Origin: Chiloscyllium plagiosum | Taxonomy: Eukaryota | Length of the DNA: 64,000 nt | Assembly (NCBI RefSeq): GCF_004010195.1 | Contig: NC_057749.1 | Span: 23,356,999-23,420,998, forward strand | Reading direction: 5' to 3' | Shown here: positions 12,990 through 25,597 of the stretch, one piece after another | Layout of the letters: each line of letters starts with the position of its first letter | Numbering within the stretch: the first letter of the stretch is position 1 | Notes under the pieces: model-generated | What the model was told of the DNA's origin: nothing | Seen by the model: only the letters and a program-made list of their open reading frames with translations | Database searches by the model: none | Made by a program: the position numbers and the translations under genes

Positions 12990-13410
12990 TAAAAATTTAC
13001 TTATGGAATGTGGGTGCCACTGGCTAGGCCAGCATTTATTGCCTGTCCCTAGTTGCTCTGGAGAAGGTGGTGGTCAGCTGGCTTCTTAACCCACTGCACC
13101 TGAGTCCACTTGCACAATGCCATTAGGGAGGGAATTCCAGGATTTTGATGGAGTAATAGTGAAGGAACAGCAATATATTTCCAAGTCAGGATGGTGAGTG
13201 GCTTGGAGGGGAACTTGGAGGTGGTGGTGTTCCCATATATCTGACATACTTGCCCTTCTGGAGGGAAGTGCTCGTGGGTTTGGAAGGTGCTGTCCGAGGA
13301 TGATTGGTGAATTTCTGGAGTGCACCTTGTAGATGGTACACACTGCGCTACTGAGCATCGGTGTGGAGGGACTGGATGCTTGCTGATGTGGTGCCAATCA
13401 AATGGAGTGA
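12990..13410 (-). mobile_element. Ancient CR1-clade LINE family 2, 3' end
   Basis: gcatttattgcctgtccctagttgc..ttccaagtcaggatggtgagtggcttggaggggaac, repeated across the window. Confidence 0.75.
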
Positions 13411-13789
13411 GCATTGCGTTAAGAATTCCAAAGTACTGCACATTAACCCTATTACATTCTCCAAAAACATTGGGTAGGGAGACAATTGCAAAATCCTGTG
13501 TCGGCCTCCAGATACACGAGAGAATACGGAGTCTCAGAAATAAATAGGCTATAACAGATAATGTTGCATTGACATGCTAAAGTCACACACAGTTTTGTTT
13601 TAAGGTATTGCTGCAAATAATAAGATCAGATTGCAGGAGATACATAAATAAAAATAAAATAGTGTAGAATCTGGAAATCTGAAATTAAAACCAAGTGCAG
13701 AAACCTTTTGAAGATGACAAGATGTTTGTAAATTTACTGCAGATACTGGAAATCCGAAGCAATTGCAAAATGTGCTAGAGAAATTCAGA

Positions 13790-14362
13790 GAAACTCTAGT
13801 TAGGCCCCATTTAGAATACTGTTTCCAATTCCAGGCCCCACACCTCATGAAGGACATACTGGCAACTGGATCGTGTCCAGCAAGATTCACACAGATGATC
13901 CCTGGAATGGTAGGCCTAACATATGATGAACAGCTAAGGATCCTGGGATTGTATTCATTAGAGTTTAGAAGGTTGAGGAGAGATCTAATAGAAACTTACA
14001 AGATAATGCATGGCTTAGAAAGGGTGGATGCTGAGAATTTGTTTCTGTTATTTGGGGATACTAGGACCCATGGGCACAGCCTTAGATTTAGAGGAGGTCA
14101 ATTTAGAACTGAAATGAGCAGACATCTCTTCAGCCAGAGAATGGTGGGCCTGTGGAATTCATTGCCATGGAGCGCAGTGGAGGCCGGGACATTAAATGTC
14201 TTCAATGCAGAGATTGACAAATTCTTGATCTTGAAAGGAATTAAGGGACACGGGGAGAGTGCGGGTAAGTGGCATTGAAATGCCCATCGGCCATGATTGA
14301 ATGGCAGAGTGGACTCGTTGGGCCAAATGGCCTTACTTCCACTCCTATGTCCTATGGTCTTA
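13790..14362 (+). mobile_element. CR1 LINE 3' fragment nested in a pLTR-B repeat
   Basis: LVRPHLEYC..RRLRRDLIETYKI..WNSLP. The pLTR sequence ..gctagagaaattcag resumes as aggtctggcagc after it. Confidence 0.9.
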
Positions 14363-14712
14363 TAGGTCTGGCAGCATCTGTGGAAAGAGAAACAGCGTTA
14401 ACCTTTTAAGCTTGATATGATCTTCACAACCCTGACGAGAGTAATTTTGGACTCCATTCTGCACGCAAAAGTCAATCACTGAGTTGGAAATGATCGGTTT
14501 GGTTCTTATCCTAGTAAAATTCAGGCAAGTTAATGTTTTGAGTCCCATGACCCTTCTTTGAACTCATCTGAAGATCCGTTCTGAAGAAGGGTCGCTGAAC
14601 CCAAAACATTAACTAGTTCTAGTTCTCTCTCCACAGATGCAGCCAGACCTGCTGAGCTTCCCTAGCAATTTCCGCTTTTGTTGCAGATTTCCAGCATCTG
14701 CGATTCTTCATT
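14363..14712. repeat. pLTR family B inverted-repeat cluster
   Basis: ggtctggcagcatctgtgg at 14365 pairs with ccacagatgcagccagacc at 14631. An inner IR lies at 14528-14615. Confidence 0.7.
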
Positions 14713-15284
14713 TCCCTTTAATCCTTTTCCTTGTCGTGTTTTACCCATGTTCTCATTGACCTTTCCAATCAAACAATAAGATCCTGACTTTCACAGATAT
14801 AGATGCTAACCCATGTAGGTCAAACACTGGGTATAAATCTTCTTGGCTTCGGGCAAAGGCAGAAGGTAGTTGACTTGCAGAGTGGGCTGGGCTCAGGCAC
14901 CACAGAGAGTGGTGGGATGTGACAGGTTCATGGTCCACAGAGTTGGCTGCACTTGCAGTTGGCTGGAGGCTAATCTTCAGCATTGTGGCCAGTTGGTTGC
15001 TGATCACTGTTCTGGAACACCCACTTGCCAGCTGGGTAACAGGATTAATGCCCAGTCTGAACATTGAGCAGAGAGGCTTGTAATCAGACTCATCCCATTT
15101 ATTATCTTAAATAAAAATTAACACATTACCAGATACATGACAAAGAGATGCAGAACAGCAACAATTAAAGACACACTCAACTTTGTGCAAACACTAATAT
15201 TGGTCGATAGATAGGGAAAACATATTCATGTCGTCCATCATTTTGTCCATGTATCTGTTTTATGTTAGATGGGTAAATCAAACA

Positions 15285-15600
15285 CACAAAATAGGAATTG
15301 GAAAGGCCATTCAGTGCTTCAAACCTCCTCCACCTCTCAACAGGATCATGGCTGATCATCCAACTCAGAGACCTGTCCCATACTCTTTGATCCCTTTAGC
15401 CCTGAAAACTATACCGGCTTCCTTCCTGAAAACATTCAATGTTTTGGTTGCATCCACTACCTGTAGCAGAGAATTCCACAGGCTCACCATTCTCCGGAAG
15501 AAGACATTTCTCCCCATTTCTGTCTTAAATGGCCTACGTTGTATCCTTAGACTGTGACCCCTGGTACTGGACTCCTCAGTCTTCGAGGAACACCCTTCCT
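15285..15600 (-). mobile_element. CR1 LINE 3' end
   Basis: Typical CR1 3' UTR (ggccattcag..atcatggctgatc..gaattccacagg). Confidence 0.75.
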
Positions 15601-15724
15601 AAATAATCTGAAAATAAGATTACTGACATATAAGAACTGAAGAATGTTGTGGGAATGTTAGAATATAGGAACTTCTAATTTGTGACAAATGCGAAGAACC
15701 AGTACTTGGGCAAGCCCCTATTGA

Positions 15725-16065
15725 TGGGCAACACGGCAATTCAGTGGTTGGCACTGCTGCCTCACAGCACCAGGGACCTGGGTTCGATTCCAGCATCAGG
15801 CAACTGTTTGCGTGGAGTTTGTATATTCGCCTGTGTCTGTAAGGGTCTCCTCTGGGTGCTGTGGCTTCCGCCCACTGTCCAAAGATGTGAAGGTTAGGGC
15901 GGGTTGGCCATGCTAAATTGCCCATAGTGTTCAGGGATGTGTAGGTAAGGTGGGTTAGCCATGGGAAATGCAGGGATACAGTAGGGGGGGGGGGGTGAAC
16001 TTGGGTGGGATGCTCTTCAGAACTCGATGGGTCAAATGGCCTGCCTCTACACTGTCGAGGTTCTC
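15725..16065 (+). mobile_element. HE1-type V-SINE, full length
   Basis: A/B-box head, V-core and CR1-like tail. Confidence 0.9.
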
Positions 16066-16205
16066 TCATCCATCACCTCTCATATGTCAGAGGCTACCAA
16101 TTCAAACTCTAAGCCAAGTACATATTGTAGCAAACTATTTCACTAGAATTGGAAATGTGTTGCTGGAAAAGCGCAGCAGGTCAGACAGCATCCAGGGAAC
16201 AGGAG

Positions 16206-16241
16206 AATCGACGTTTCAGGCATAAGCCCTTCTTCAGGAAT
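16206..16241 (-). ncRNA. Minimal hammerhead ribozyme motif (pLTR family A)
   Basis: Minus strand reads ATTC-CTGAAGA-A-GGGC-TTAT-GCCT-GAAA-CG-TC-GATT. Confidence 0.75.
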
Positions 16242-16976
16242 GGGGAAAGTTTGTCCAGCAGGCTAAGATAAAAGGTAGGGAGGAGGGACTTGGGGGAGGG
16301 GCGTCGGAAATGTGATAGGTGGAAAGAGGTCAAGGTGAGGGTGATAGGTACAACCCAGGTACAACGCACAACCCAGATGTCCTCCTTCTTCAAGGACCGC
16401 AATTTCCCCCCCGACGTGGTCGACGATGCCCTCCACCGCATCTCTTCCACTTCCCGCTCCTCCGCCCTTGAGCCCCGCCCCTCCAACCGCCACCAGGACA
16501 GAACCCCACTGGTCCCCACCTACCACCCCACCAATCCCCATGTACAGCGCATCATCCGCCGTCACTTCCGCCACCTCCAAACAGACCCAGCACCAAGGAT
16601 ATATTTCCCTCCCCTCCCCTATCAGCTTTCCGTAGAGACCACTACCTCCGCGACTCCCTTGTCAGATCCACACCCCCCACCGACCCAACCACCACTCCCG
16701 GCACCTTCCCTTGCAACCGCAGGAGGTGCAACACTTGCGCCCACACCTCCCCCCTCACTTCTCTCCAAGGCCCCAAAGGAAACTTCCATATCCGCCACAG
16801 ATTCACCTGCACCTCCACCCACATCATCTACTGCATCCGCTGCAGCCGGTGTGGCCTCCTCTATATTGGGGAAACAGGCCGCCTACTTGCGGAGCGATTC
16901 AGGAAGCACCTCTGGGCCACCCGGACGAACCAACCCAACCACCCTGCAGCATCCGCTGCACCCGATGTGGCCTCCT

Positions 16977-17087
16977 NNNNNNNNNNNNNNNNNNNNNNNN
17001 NNNNNNNNNNNNNNNNNNNNNNNNNNNNNNNNNNNNNNNNNNNNNNNNNNNNNNNNNNNNNNNNNNNNNNNNNNNNNNNNNNNNNNN
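16977..17087. other. Assembly gap (111 N)
   Basis: Run of N. Confidence 1.
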
Positions 17088-17771
17088 AGGATGGGAGGTG
17101 GTGTAGTCCAGGTAGCTGTGGGAGTCGGTTGGTTTGTAGTAGATGTCCGTGTTGATTCGGTCGCCTGAGATAGAAATAGAAAGGTCGAGGAAGGGGAGGG
17201 AGGAATCTGAGACTGTCCAGGTGAATTTGAGGTCGGGGTGGAAAGTGTTGGTGAAGTGGATGAACTGTTCAACTTCCTCGTGGGAGCACGAGGCGGCGCC
17301 GATACAGTCATCGATGTAGCGGAGGAAAAGGTGGGGGGTGGGACCGCTCTTCAGCCATATTTCACTAGAATGCCAATGTCCACAACTTTTATTGGTTTGG
17401 ACAAGAGGAAAACAGCAGGAGAGATGGTAACCAGAGGATACACATGCAGGATAGCCAGCAGCAAGTCTGACCACAATGCACAAGAATTCCTTTTCAATTC
17501 AGCAAATCCTTATGATCCAGAGTGCGCTGGGCTGCTCATCTCCGAAGAGAGACAGCACGAAGAGACACACAGTCAGTCACTTCACCCGACTTCTGTGACG
17601 GACGCTGATATCCATGATTCCTATCTGAAGAAGGTTGAGTGCAGTTTTGTGTAAGGAAAATCAACAGAGGGAATTAAAGAATGGGAGAAATATAAGAATG
17701 GCAGTAGTTTGAGGAACAGGGAGAGGTCAGTAAATCTCTCAAGCCTATTGTGTTCTTCAATTAAGTCATGG

Positions 17772-17900
17772 CTGATGAAGGGCTTTTGCCTGAAACGTCG
17801 AATTTCCTGCTCTCTGAATGCTACCAAACCTGCTGTGCTTTTCCAGCACCACTCTAATCTTGACTCTAATCTCCAGCATCTGCAGTACCCACTTCCGCCA
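17772..17900 (+). repeat. pLTR family A mini-insertion with intact hammerhead core
   Basis: CTGATGA-A-GGGC-TTTT-GCCT-GAAA-CG-TC-GAAT, inserted in a CR1 tail, with ggctgat repeated on both sides. Confidence 0.75.
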
Positions 17901-18059
17901 AGGCTGATCTGTCACCCTGTGAAATCGACATGCCTCTATTTCACAATATTTGATATCTTTGCCGACCAAGAATCCAGATTTCCACAACTTTTATATCACA
18001 TTGATGAGAGAATCTGTAGTAAGGGTGTTAACCAGAGGACGTTGAACAGTGGATGTTAT

Positions 18060-18275
18060 CCAGAGTCCAAAGATGTGCAGGTTAGGTAGATCGGCCACAC
18101 TAAATTGTCCATAGTGTCCAAGGATGTACAGGCTAGGTGGATTAGCTATGGGAAATGTGGGGTTACAGGGATAGAGTGGGAGGCCGGGTTTGGGCAGGAT
18201 GCTTTTCGGAGGGTCGCTGCAGACTCAATGGGCCGAGCAGCCTCTTTCCAAACTGCAGGGGTTCTATGACTCTAT
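18060..18275 (+). mobile_element. HE1-type SINE, 5'-truncated
   Basis: gtccaaagatgtgcaggttaggt core and tail. Confidence 0.85.
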
Positions 18276-18367
18276 GTACTTTCGAGACAAAAAGTCTGAG
18301 TGCAATACTCAAGAACGTCTTTTCCATTTAGCGAGTCGCTGAAACCCAGAAGATGCTAGGCTGTTAA

Positions 18368-19334
18368 TGTGCTTTTTGTCATTTATACAAATGATTTGGA
18401 TGTGAATATAGGAGGTATGGTTAGTAAGTTTGCAGATGACACCAAAATTAGTGATCTAGTGGACAGTGAAGAACGTTGCCTCAGAGTGTGAGTGGGATAT
18501 TGAACAGATGGGCCGAGGAGTGGCAGATAGAACTTAATTTGGATAAAAGTGAGGTGCTGCATTTTGCAAAGGCAAATCAAGGTAAGACTCATTCACTTAA
18601 TAGTAAGGGGAGTGTTGCCAAGCAAAGAGACTTTGGGGTCCAGATTCATAATTCCTTGAAAGTGGAGTGTTGGGTAGACAGGGCAATGAAGAAGGTGTTT
18701 GGTATGCTTGTCTTTATTGGTCGGTGTATTGAGTACAGGAGTTGGGAGGTCTTGTTGCGGCTGTACAGGATATTGGTTAGGCCACTGTTGGAATATTGTG
18801 TGCAATTCTAGTCTCCCTCCTATAGGAAGGATGTTGTGAAACTTGAAAGGGTTCAGAAAAGAATAACAAGGATGGTGCCGGATTTGGAGGGTTTGAGTTA
18901 TGGGGAGAGGCTGATTAAGCTGGAGCAGTTTTCCCTGGAGCATTGGAGGTTGAGGGCTGATCTTATGGAAGCTTATAAAATCCAGAAGGGCATGGATAGA
19001 GTGAAGAGTCAGGGTCTTTATCCCAGGGTGGGGGAGTCCAAAATTAGAGGACAAGTTTAACGTGACAGGGGAAAGATTTAAAAGGGACCTAAGGGGCAAC
19101 GTTTTCATGCAGAGGGTGGTGCGTGTATGGAATGAGCTGCCAGAGGAAGTGGTGAAGGAGGGTACAATTATAGCATTTAAAAGGCATCTGGATGGATATA
19201 TGAATAGGAAGGGTTTGGAGGGAGATGGGCCAAGTGCTGGGAAATGGGACTAGATTAGGTTAAGTTATCTGGTCAGCATGGATGAGTTGGACCGAAGGGT
19301 CTGTTTCTGTGCTGTACATCTCTGTGACTCTGTG
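18368..19334 (+). mobile_element. CR1 LINE 3' fragment
   Basis: FADDTK, LVRPLLEYCVQF, LERVQKR and RVWNELPEEVV motifs, with tail. Confidence 0.95.
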
Positions 19335-19394
19335 GTGGATAGAGATCCAAAAGTCACATTCAAAGGGGAATTGAAGACATGCTTGTGAAAGAAA

Positions 19395-22025
19395 AAGGAG
19401 CAGTCACTTTATTGGGAGTTTTCCACATGCCCCCTCAATGGCAACAGAGACACAGAGGAGCAGATTGGGAGGCAGATTCTGGAAAGGTGCAGATGTAATA
19501 GGTTTGTTGTCATGGGTGACTTCAATTTCAATTATTGATTCTAACCTCTTTAGTGCAAATAGTTTGGATGGAGCAGATTTTGTCAGGTGTGTCCAGGAAG
19601 GATTCCTGACTCAATATGTAGATAGGCCGATCAGAGGGAAGGCCATATTGGACTTGGTGCTTGACAATGAACCAGGTCAGGTGTCAGATCTCTCGGTGGG
19701 AGAGCATTTCAGTGATAGTGATCACAACCCCCTGACCTTTACTATACTCATGGAGAGGGATACGAGCAGATGGAATGGGAAGGTATTTAACTGGGGGAGG
19801 GGGAATTACATTGCTATTAGGCAGGAACTATGAAGCATAAATTGGGAGCAGATGCTCTCAGGGGAGTGCACAATAGATTTGTGGAGGTTCTTTAGGGAGC
19901 ACTTGCTGTGAGTGCTGGATAGGTTTGTCCACTGAGGCAAGGAAGGGATGGTAGGGTGAAGGAACTTTTGGATGACAAGAGATGTGCAGCATCTAATCAA
20001 GAGGAAGAAGGAAGCTTACTTAAGGATGAGAAAGCAAGGATCAGACAAGGATTTAGAGTGTTACAAGGTGGCAAGGAAGGAACTGAAGAATGGACTTAGG
20101 AGAGCTAGAAGGGGGCATGAGAAAGCCTTGGTGGATAGGATTAAGGAAAGCTCCAGGACACTCTATGCTTACGAGAGCAACAAGAGGACAGCCAGAGCGA
20201 GGGTAGGGCTGATCAGGGATAGTGCAGGGAACTTGTGCCTGGAGCCAGAGGAGGTAGGAGAGGTCCTTAATGAATACTTTGCTTCAGTGTTCACTAGTGA
20301 GAGGGACCTTGACGTTTGTGAGGACAGCATGAAACAGGCTGATACACTTGAACAGGTTGATGTTAAGAAGGAGGATGCATTGGAAATTTTGAAAAACATA
20401 AGGATAGATATGTCCTGTGGGCCAGGGGAATATACCCAAGGTTACTATGGGAAGCAAGGGAATAGATTGCTGCATCTTTGGTGATGATCTTTGCATCCTC
20501 ACTGTCCACTGGAGCAGTACCGGATGATTCGAGGGTGACACATATTATTCCCTTGTTCAAGAATGGGGATAATCCTGGGAATTATAGACCAGTCAGTCTT
20601 ACGTCGGTGATGGGCAAATTATTGTAGAGGATTCTGAGAGACAGGATTTATGATTATTTGGAAAAGTATTGTTTGATTAGAGATAGTCAGCATGGCTTTG
20701 TCAGGGGCAGGCCTCATAAGCCTTATTGAATTCTTTGAGGATGTATTTGGAAAAGCATAGTTTGATTAGAGATAGTCAGCATGGCTTTGTCAGGGGCAGG
20801 CCTCATAAGCCTTAATGAATTCTTTGAGGATGTGACAAAACACATTCATGAAGGTAGAGCAGTGGATGTGGTGTATATGGATTTTAGCAAGACGTTTGAT
20901 AAGGTTCCCCATGGTAGGCTCATTCAGAAAATAAGGAGGCATGGGATACAGGAAAATCTGGCTGCCTGGATACAGAATTGGCTTGCCCATGGAAGGTGGT
21001 AGTAGATGGAAAGTACTCAGCCTGGAGCTCAGTGATAAGTAGTATTCTGCAAGGACCTGTTCTGGGATCTCTGATCTTTGAGATTTTTATAAATGACTTG
21101 GATGAAGAAGTGGAAGGGTGGGTTAGTAAGTTTGCCAAATGACATGATGGAGTTGTGGATAGTGTGGAGGACTGTTGTAGGTTACAGCAGGACATTGACA
21201 AGATGCAGAGCTGGGTTGATAAGTGGCAGAAGGAGTTCAACCTGGAAAACTGTGAAGTGATTCATTTTGGAAGGTCAAATTTGAATGCAGATTACAGTGT
21301 TAAAGGCAGGATTCTTAGCAGTGTGGAGGAACACAGTGATCTTGGGGTCCACGTCCATAAATCCCTCAAAGTTGCCACCCAAGTTGATAGGGTTGTTAAG
21401 AAGGCATATAGTGTGTTGGCTTTCATTAGCAGGGGGATTGAGTTTAAGATCCACAAGGTTATGATGGAGCTCTATAAAGACCTGGTTAGACCACACTTGG
21501 AATATTGTGTTCAGTTCTGGTTGCCTCATTATAGGAAGGATATGGAAGCTTCAGAGAGGGTGCAGAGGGGATTTACCAGGATGCTGTCTGGATTGGAGGG
21601 CATATCTTATGAAGAAAAGCTGAGGGAGCCAGGACTCTGTTCATTGGAGCAAAGAAGGATGAGAGGTGACTTGATAGAGGTGTACAAGGTGATGAGAGGT
21701 CATAGATAGAGTAGATAGCCAGAGACATTTTCCCAGGGCAGAAATGACTATCATGAGGGGGCATATTTTTAAGGTGATTGGAGGAAGGTTTAGGGGAGAT
21801 GACAGAGGTAGGTTCTTTACACAGAGAGTGGTGGGTGTGTGGAATGCACTGCCAGTGGTGGGGGTAGAGTCAGATACATTAGGGCCATTGAAGCAAATCT
21901 TGAATAGGCACATGGATGATAGTAAAATGAAGGGTATGTAGGTTAGTTTGATCTTAGAGTAGGATAAAAAGTCGGCAAAACATCAAGAGCCAAAGGGCCT
22001 GTACTGTGCTGGACTGTTCTAATTT
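19395..22025 (+). mobile_element. CR1 LINE, ~2.6 kb (late endonuclease to 3' tail), decayed
   Basis: ILDLVL..SDSDHN, LNEYFASVFT, YMDFSKTFDKVPH, LVRPHLEYCVQFW and VWNALP motifs with frameshifts. Confidence 0.95.
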
Positions 22026-22839
22026 CTGTGAAATTGCAGGATTATGGGGGCAGGAATATTGTGGGTTGTGGAGCTTATTAATTGGCTCAATCCAGGGGCT
22101 GGCAAAGGCATGATGGGTCAAATAGTCTCTCTGCTGCACGATGTTCCAAAACTATTTCAGTTCCAGCAACCTAGGGACAGGAGGAGGAGGAGGAGCTTCC
22201 TGTCCTTGAACCTGCTCCACCATTCAAGTGAACCATGGCTGATTTATGTCTTAATTGCATCTACCTGTTTTGGCTCTGTAACCCTCAATACCCTTGCTTA
22301 ACAAAAATCTATCTATAGAACTGTGACAATGAGTAAAAAAACATCAAACTAAAAGTCACACAACAGAACTATGCGCCTGGCAGTCCTGTTGCACAATGAT
22401 CTAACTGTGTCTGAGCTTGAAACTGTCTCATTAACTATGACATTGAACAAGGCTCATCTTTTGTCAGAAACCTGACACAGGGAAGAGAAATTTCCAGCTC
22501 TACTTGCGCAGTGCTGATTAAATCACTTTTACAAAAGGAGAACAGTATAACATCAGTTTAGACAGGAACATGTTTTAAATTAAATCACTAATATTTCTCA
22601 ACTTGAGAACCGTCCTGCCTGTGACATGTGTTAGTTGCACATCCCTCCAGTCACTACCTGCCCCAACTGCAGCAAACACTCTATTACTCCTCTTTGCGAT
22701 TGTTTTCCTCACCCAAATATTAAAAAGCTAATAGTGCTTCAATTACATTCAAGTAATCTGTAAGAAAATACTACAAGTGCCAGGCTTAAAATGTTGATTT
22801 TCAAAACACTCAGAAAATTATTTTGTCTGAAAACCTTGA

Positions 22840-23110
22840 AGATCATAAGAAATAGGAACAGGAATAAGGCCCTCAAACACGCTCGACCATTCCTTAGGAT
22901 CATGTCTGATTCCCTCCCATCCATTTTCCTGTGTTTTTCTCTGTAATCCTTGATTCCCTTACTGATCCAGAATCTACCTCAGCCTTAAATATACACAAGG
23001 ACTCTGCCCCCACAGCTCCCTGTTGCAAGATGTTCCAAAGACTCTCGCCTTTCCCCCGGCACCCCACCCCCACCACTCCCCCCACCCCTTTCTAGAGAGA
23101 GGAAATTCCT
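22840..23110 (-). mobile_element. CR1 LINE 3' end
   Basis: Typical tail cataagaaataggaacagga and the IFKAEVD motif. Confidence 0.75.
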
Positions 23111-23159
23111 CCTCGTCTCATGATTTGGAGGAGCCAGTATTGGACTGGGTTGGACAAAG

Positions 23160-23270
23160 TCAAAAATCACACAACACCAGGTTATAATCTAACATGTTTA
23201 TTTGGAAGCACTAGCTTTCAGAGTGCTACTTCTTCATCAGATGGTTGTGGAGTATAAGATCCTAGGACCA
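23160..23270 (-). repeat. pLTR family C fragment with hammerhead core
   Basis: Minus strand CTGATGA-A-GAAGT-AGC-ACTCT-GAAA-GC-TA-GTG. Confidence 0.7.
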
Positions 23271-23274
23271 CAAC

Positions 23275-23540
23275 CACCAGTTCCACTCTCGGGCAACTTT
23301 CTGTGTGGAGTTTTCACATTCTCCCAGTGTCTGCGTGGGTTTCCTCCGGGTGCTCCGGTTCCCTCCCACAATCCGAAGATGTGCAGGTTAAGTGGATTGG
23401 TTGTGCTAAATTGCCCGTAGTGTTTAAGGATGCATGGGCTAGCCATGGGAATACAGAGATTGGGTGGAATGCTCTTCGAGGGTCAGTGTGGACTTGATGG
23501 GCCAAATCGCCTGCTCCCACTCTGTAGGGATTCTATGGTT
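23275..23540 (+). mobile_element. HE1-type SINE, 5'-truncated
   Basis: V-core tgtgtggagtt..gcgtgggtttcctccgggtgctccgg. Confidence 0.88.
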
Positions 23541-24349
23541 GCCCCTGAATTCGAGGATGATGTCTACTCAGACATTTTGCCATGGGGTTTCAGGTGGCTG
23601 AACAGACCAATTCTCAATTCCAAGGATCGTTGGACAAAACAGAGAGGACCTAAAGATGGTGGATCCAAGTATCTCCTCACAGAAGTTTCTCTTTGAAACC
23701 CTGAGCCATTAGTTTGGCTTTCATTTTATATGTCTCACCAGAGAGCACTTCTTCCTACATATCAATCTCTGTGATAAAGCTTCCTGTCCCCAACTTGACG
23801 TGCACTAAAACCTTTACCACCCCGCCAACTCTTTCTCTTTGCCATTCTTTTACCAACTTATCTTTTAATTTATTTGCAGTCAGAAAATGCAGTACAACCT
23901 TTGAAAGTGGACCAGGGAAGTGAACATGGTCCTGGGAAAAGATTGTGGACTTTTCAATCAGACTCCCTGAAATATTAATTCTGACTTCTCTTCACAAATG
24001 CTGCCAGACCTACTGAGCCTTTCCAGCAATTTCTGTTTTTTGATTTACAGCATCTGTCGTTATTTCAGTTATTGATTAAAATGAGCTTGCTTGTCACAAG
24101 ATACGTTCTTACTGTCTGTGTACTGTCACAGGGATTGGAGGTTAGTCAACCTCTGACAATGCAGTGCCTGAACTCAGTGGGTAGACAGGAGTACAGTGGT
24201 AACAGTTACTGAGTACAACCAGAGATCCTACCATCAATCTGTTAGATTGCTCTTTCCCAACACACAGTAATATAAGGACATTCACATTGACTGGATGGTC
24301 AGACAACAGGCCATTCAGCCCAGCCTGCCGATACCAACCCTTTGTAAGA

Positions 24350-24590
24350 GCAAAAAGCAAAATATTGTGGATGCTCGAAATCCCAAACAAACACAGAAGG
24401 TGCTGGAGAAACTCAGCAAGTCCGGCAGAATCAGTGGAGAGAAATGATTAATATTTCTCATCTGGTATGGCTCTTTCTTCAAAACAATTTTCTGAGGAAG
24501 GATCACTGGGCTGGAAATGTTAGCTCTGTTTCCTTCTCCAGATACTGCCAGACCTGCTCAGTTTCTGCAGCCGTCCGTGTGTTTGCCTTT
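24350..24590. repeat. pLTR family B palindromic element
   Basis: gctggagaaactcagcaagtccggcag.. pairs with ..ctgccagacctgctcagtttctgcagc. Confidence 0.7.
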
Positions 24591-25024
24591 GAAAATGATA
24601 TCCAGTTCGGCTCACATCCCTGCTCTTTCCCCATGGCACTACAAATGTTTCTTTCTCAGATATACATCCAATTTCCTTAAGATTATTGTAGTTTAACCAC
24701 ACTTTCAGGCAGTGCATTCCAGATCATCATAACGCAGTATGCAAAACAAACTTTTTCTCCCCTCTTGTTCTTTTTTGTCAATTACCTTAAATCTGCCCCC
24801 TCTGGATAGCAACAGTTCTGCCAATAGAAACTGTTTTCAAATTAATTCATCAAAATCGTTCAGAGTTTTGAATGATTTACCCTCAACCTTCTCTGCTGTT
24901 CAGCAGCCCAATCCCACTTTCTTGAATCTTTCTCTCCATGCCTAAAGTTCCTGTTTTTTGTTATACTGTTGCCCCTCACCATTGTGCCTCTAACACAAGG
25001 ATTACATTTCAAAACTACTTCAGC

Positions 25025-25597
25025 ACACTTTTGGAATATTGTGCACAATTCTAGTCTCCCTGCTATGGGAAGGATGTTGTGAAACTTGAAAGGGTTCAGA
25101 AAAGATTCACAAGGACGTTGCCAGGGTTGGAGGGTTTGAGCTACAGGGAGAGGCTGAACAGGCTGGGGCTGTTTTCCCTGGAGCATCAGAGGCTGGGGGG
25201 TGACCTTATAGAGGCTTATAAAATCATGAGGGGTATGGATAAGGTGAATAGAAAAGGTCTTTTCCCCAGGGTGGGGGAATCCAAAACTAGAGGGCATAGG
25301 TTGAAAGTAGGAGGGGAAATATTTAAAAGGGACCTGAGGGGCAACGTTTTCACCCAGAGGGTGGTGTGTGTGTGGAATGAGCTGCCAGAGGAAGTGGTGG
25401 CGGCTGGTACAATTACAACATTTAAAAGGCATCTGGATGGGTATGTGAATAGGAAGGGTTTGGAGGGATATGGGCCAAGTGCTGGCAAATGGGACGAGAT
25501 TAATTTAGGATATCGGGTCAGCACGGACGCGTTGGGCCAAAGGGTCTGTTTCCGTTTTATTACCCTGACCCAACTCCCACATCTCTATGACCCTAAG
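25025..25597 (+). mobile_element. CR1 LINE 3' fragment (young)
   Basis: 174-aa open frame KLERVQKRFTRTLPGL..VWNELPEEVV..FKRHLD, with tail. Confidence 0.95.

Larger units (their letters stand above)
16150..17357 (-). mobile_element. Penelope-like (Neptune-type) retroelement, 5'-truncated, internally inverted, 14-bp TSD, spans a gap
   Basis: RT motifs FLRYIDD..LPFLDL..YYKPTDSHSYL lie on - (17088-17345). FPCNRRRCNTCAH and IYCIRCSRCGLLYIGETGR (GIY-YIG) lie on + (16360-16940). The pLTR is at 16150-16350. TATTTCACTAGAAT occurs at 16136-16149 and 17358-17371. Confidence 0.92.

Noticed and set aside
16290..17168. 292-aa ORF as an intact protein
   Set aside because: It runs through the N gap and across an inversion junction and a frameshift of the Penelope element.
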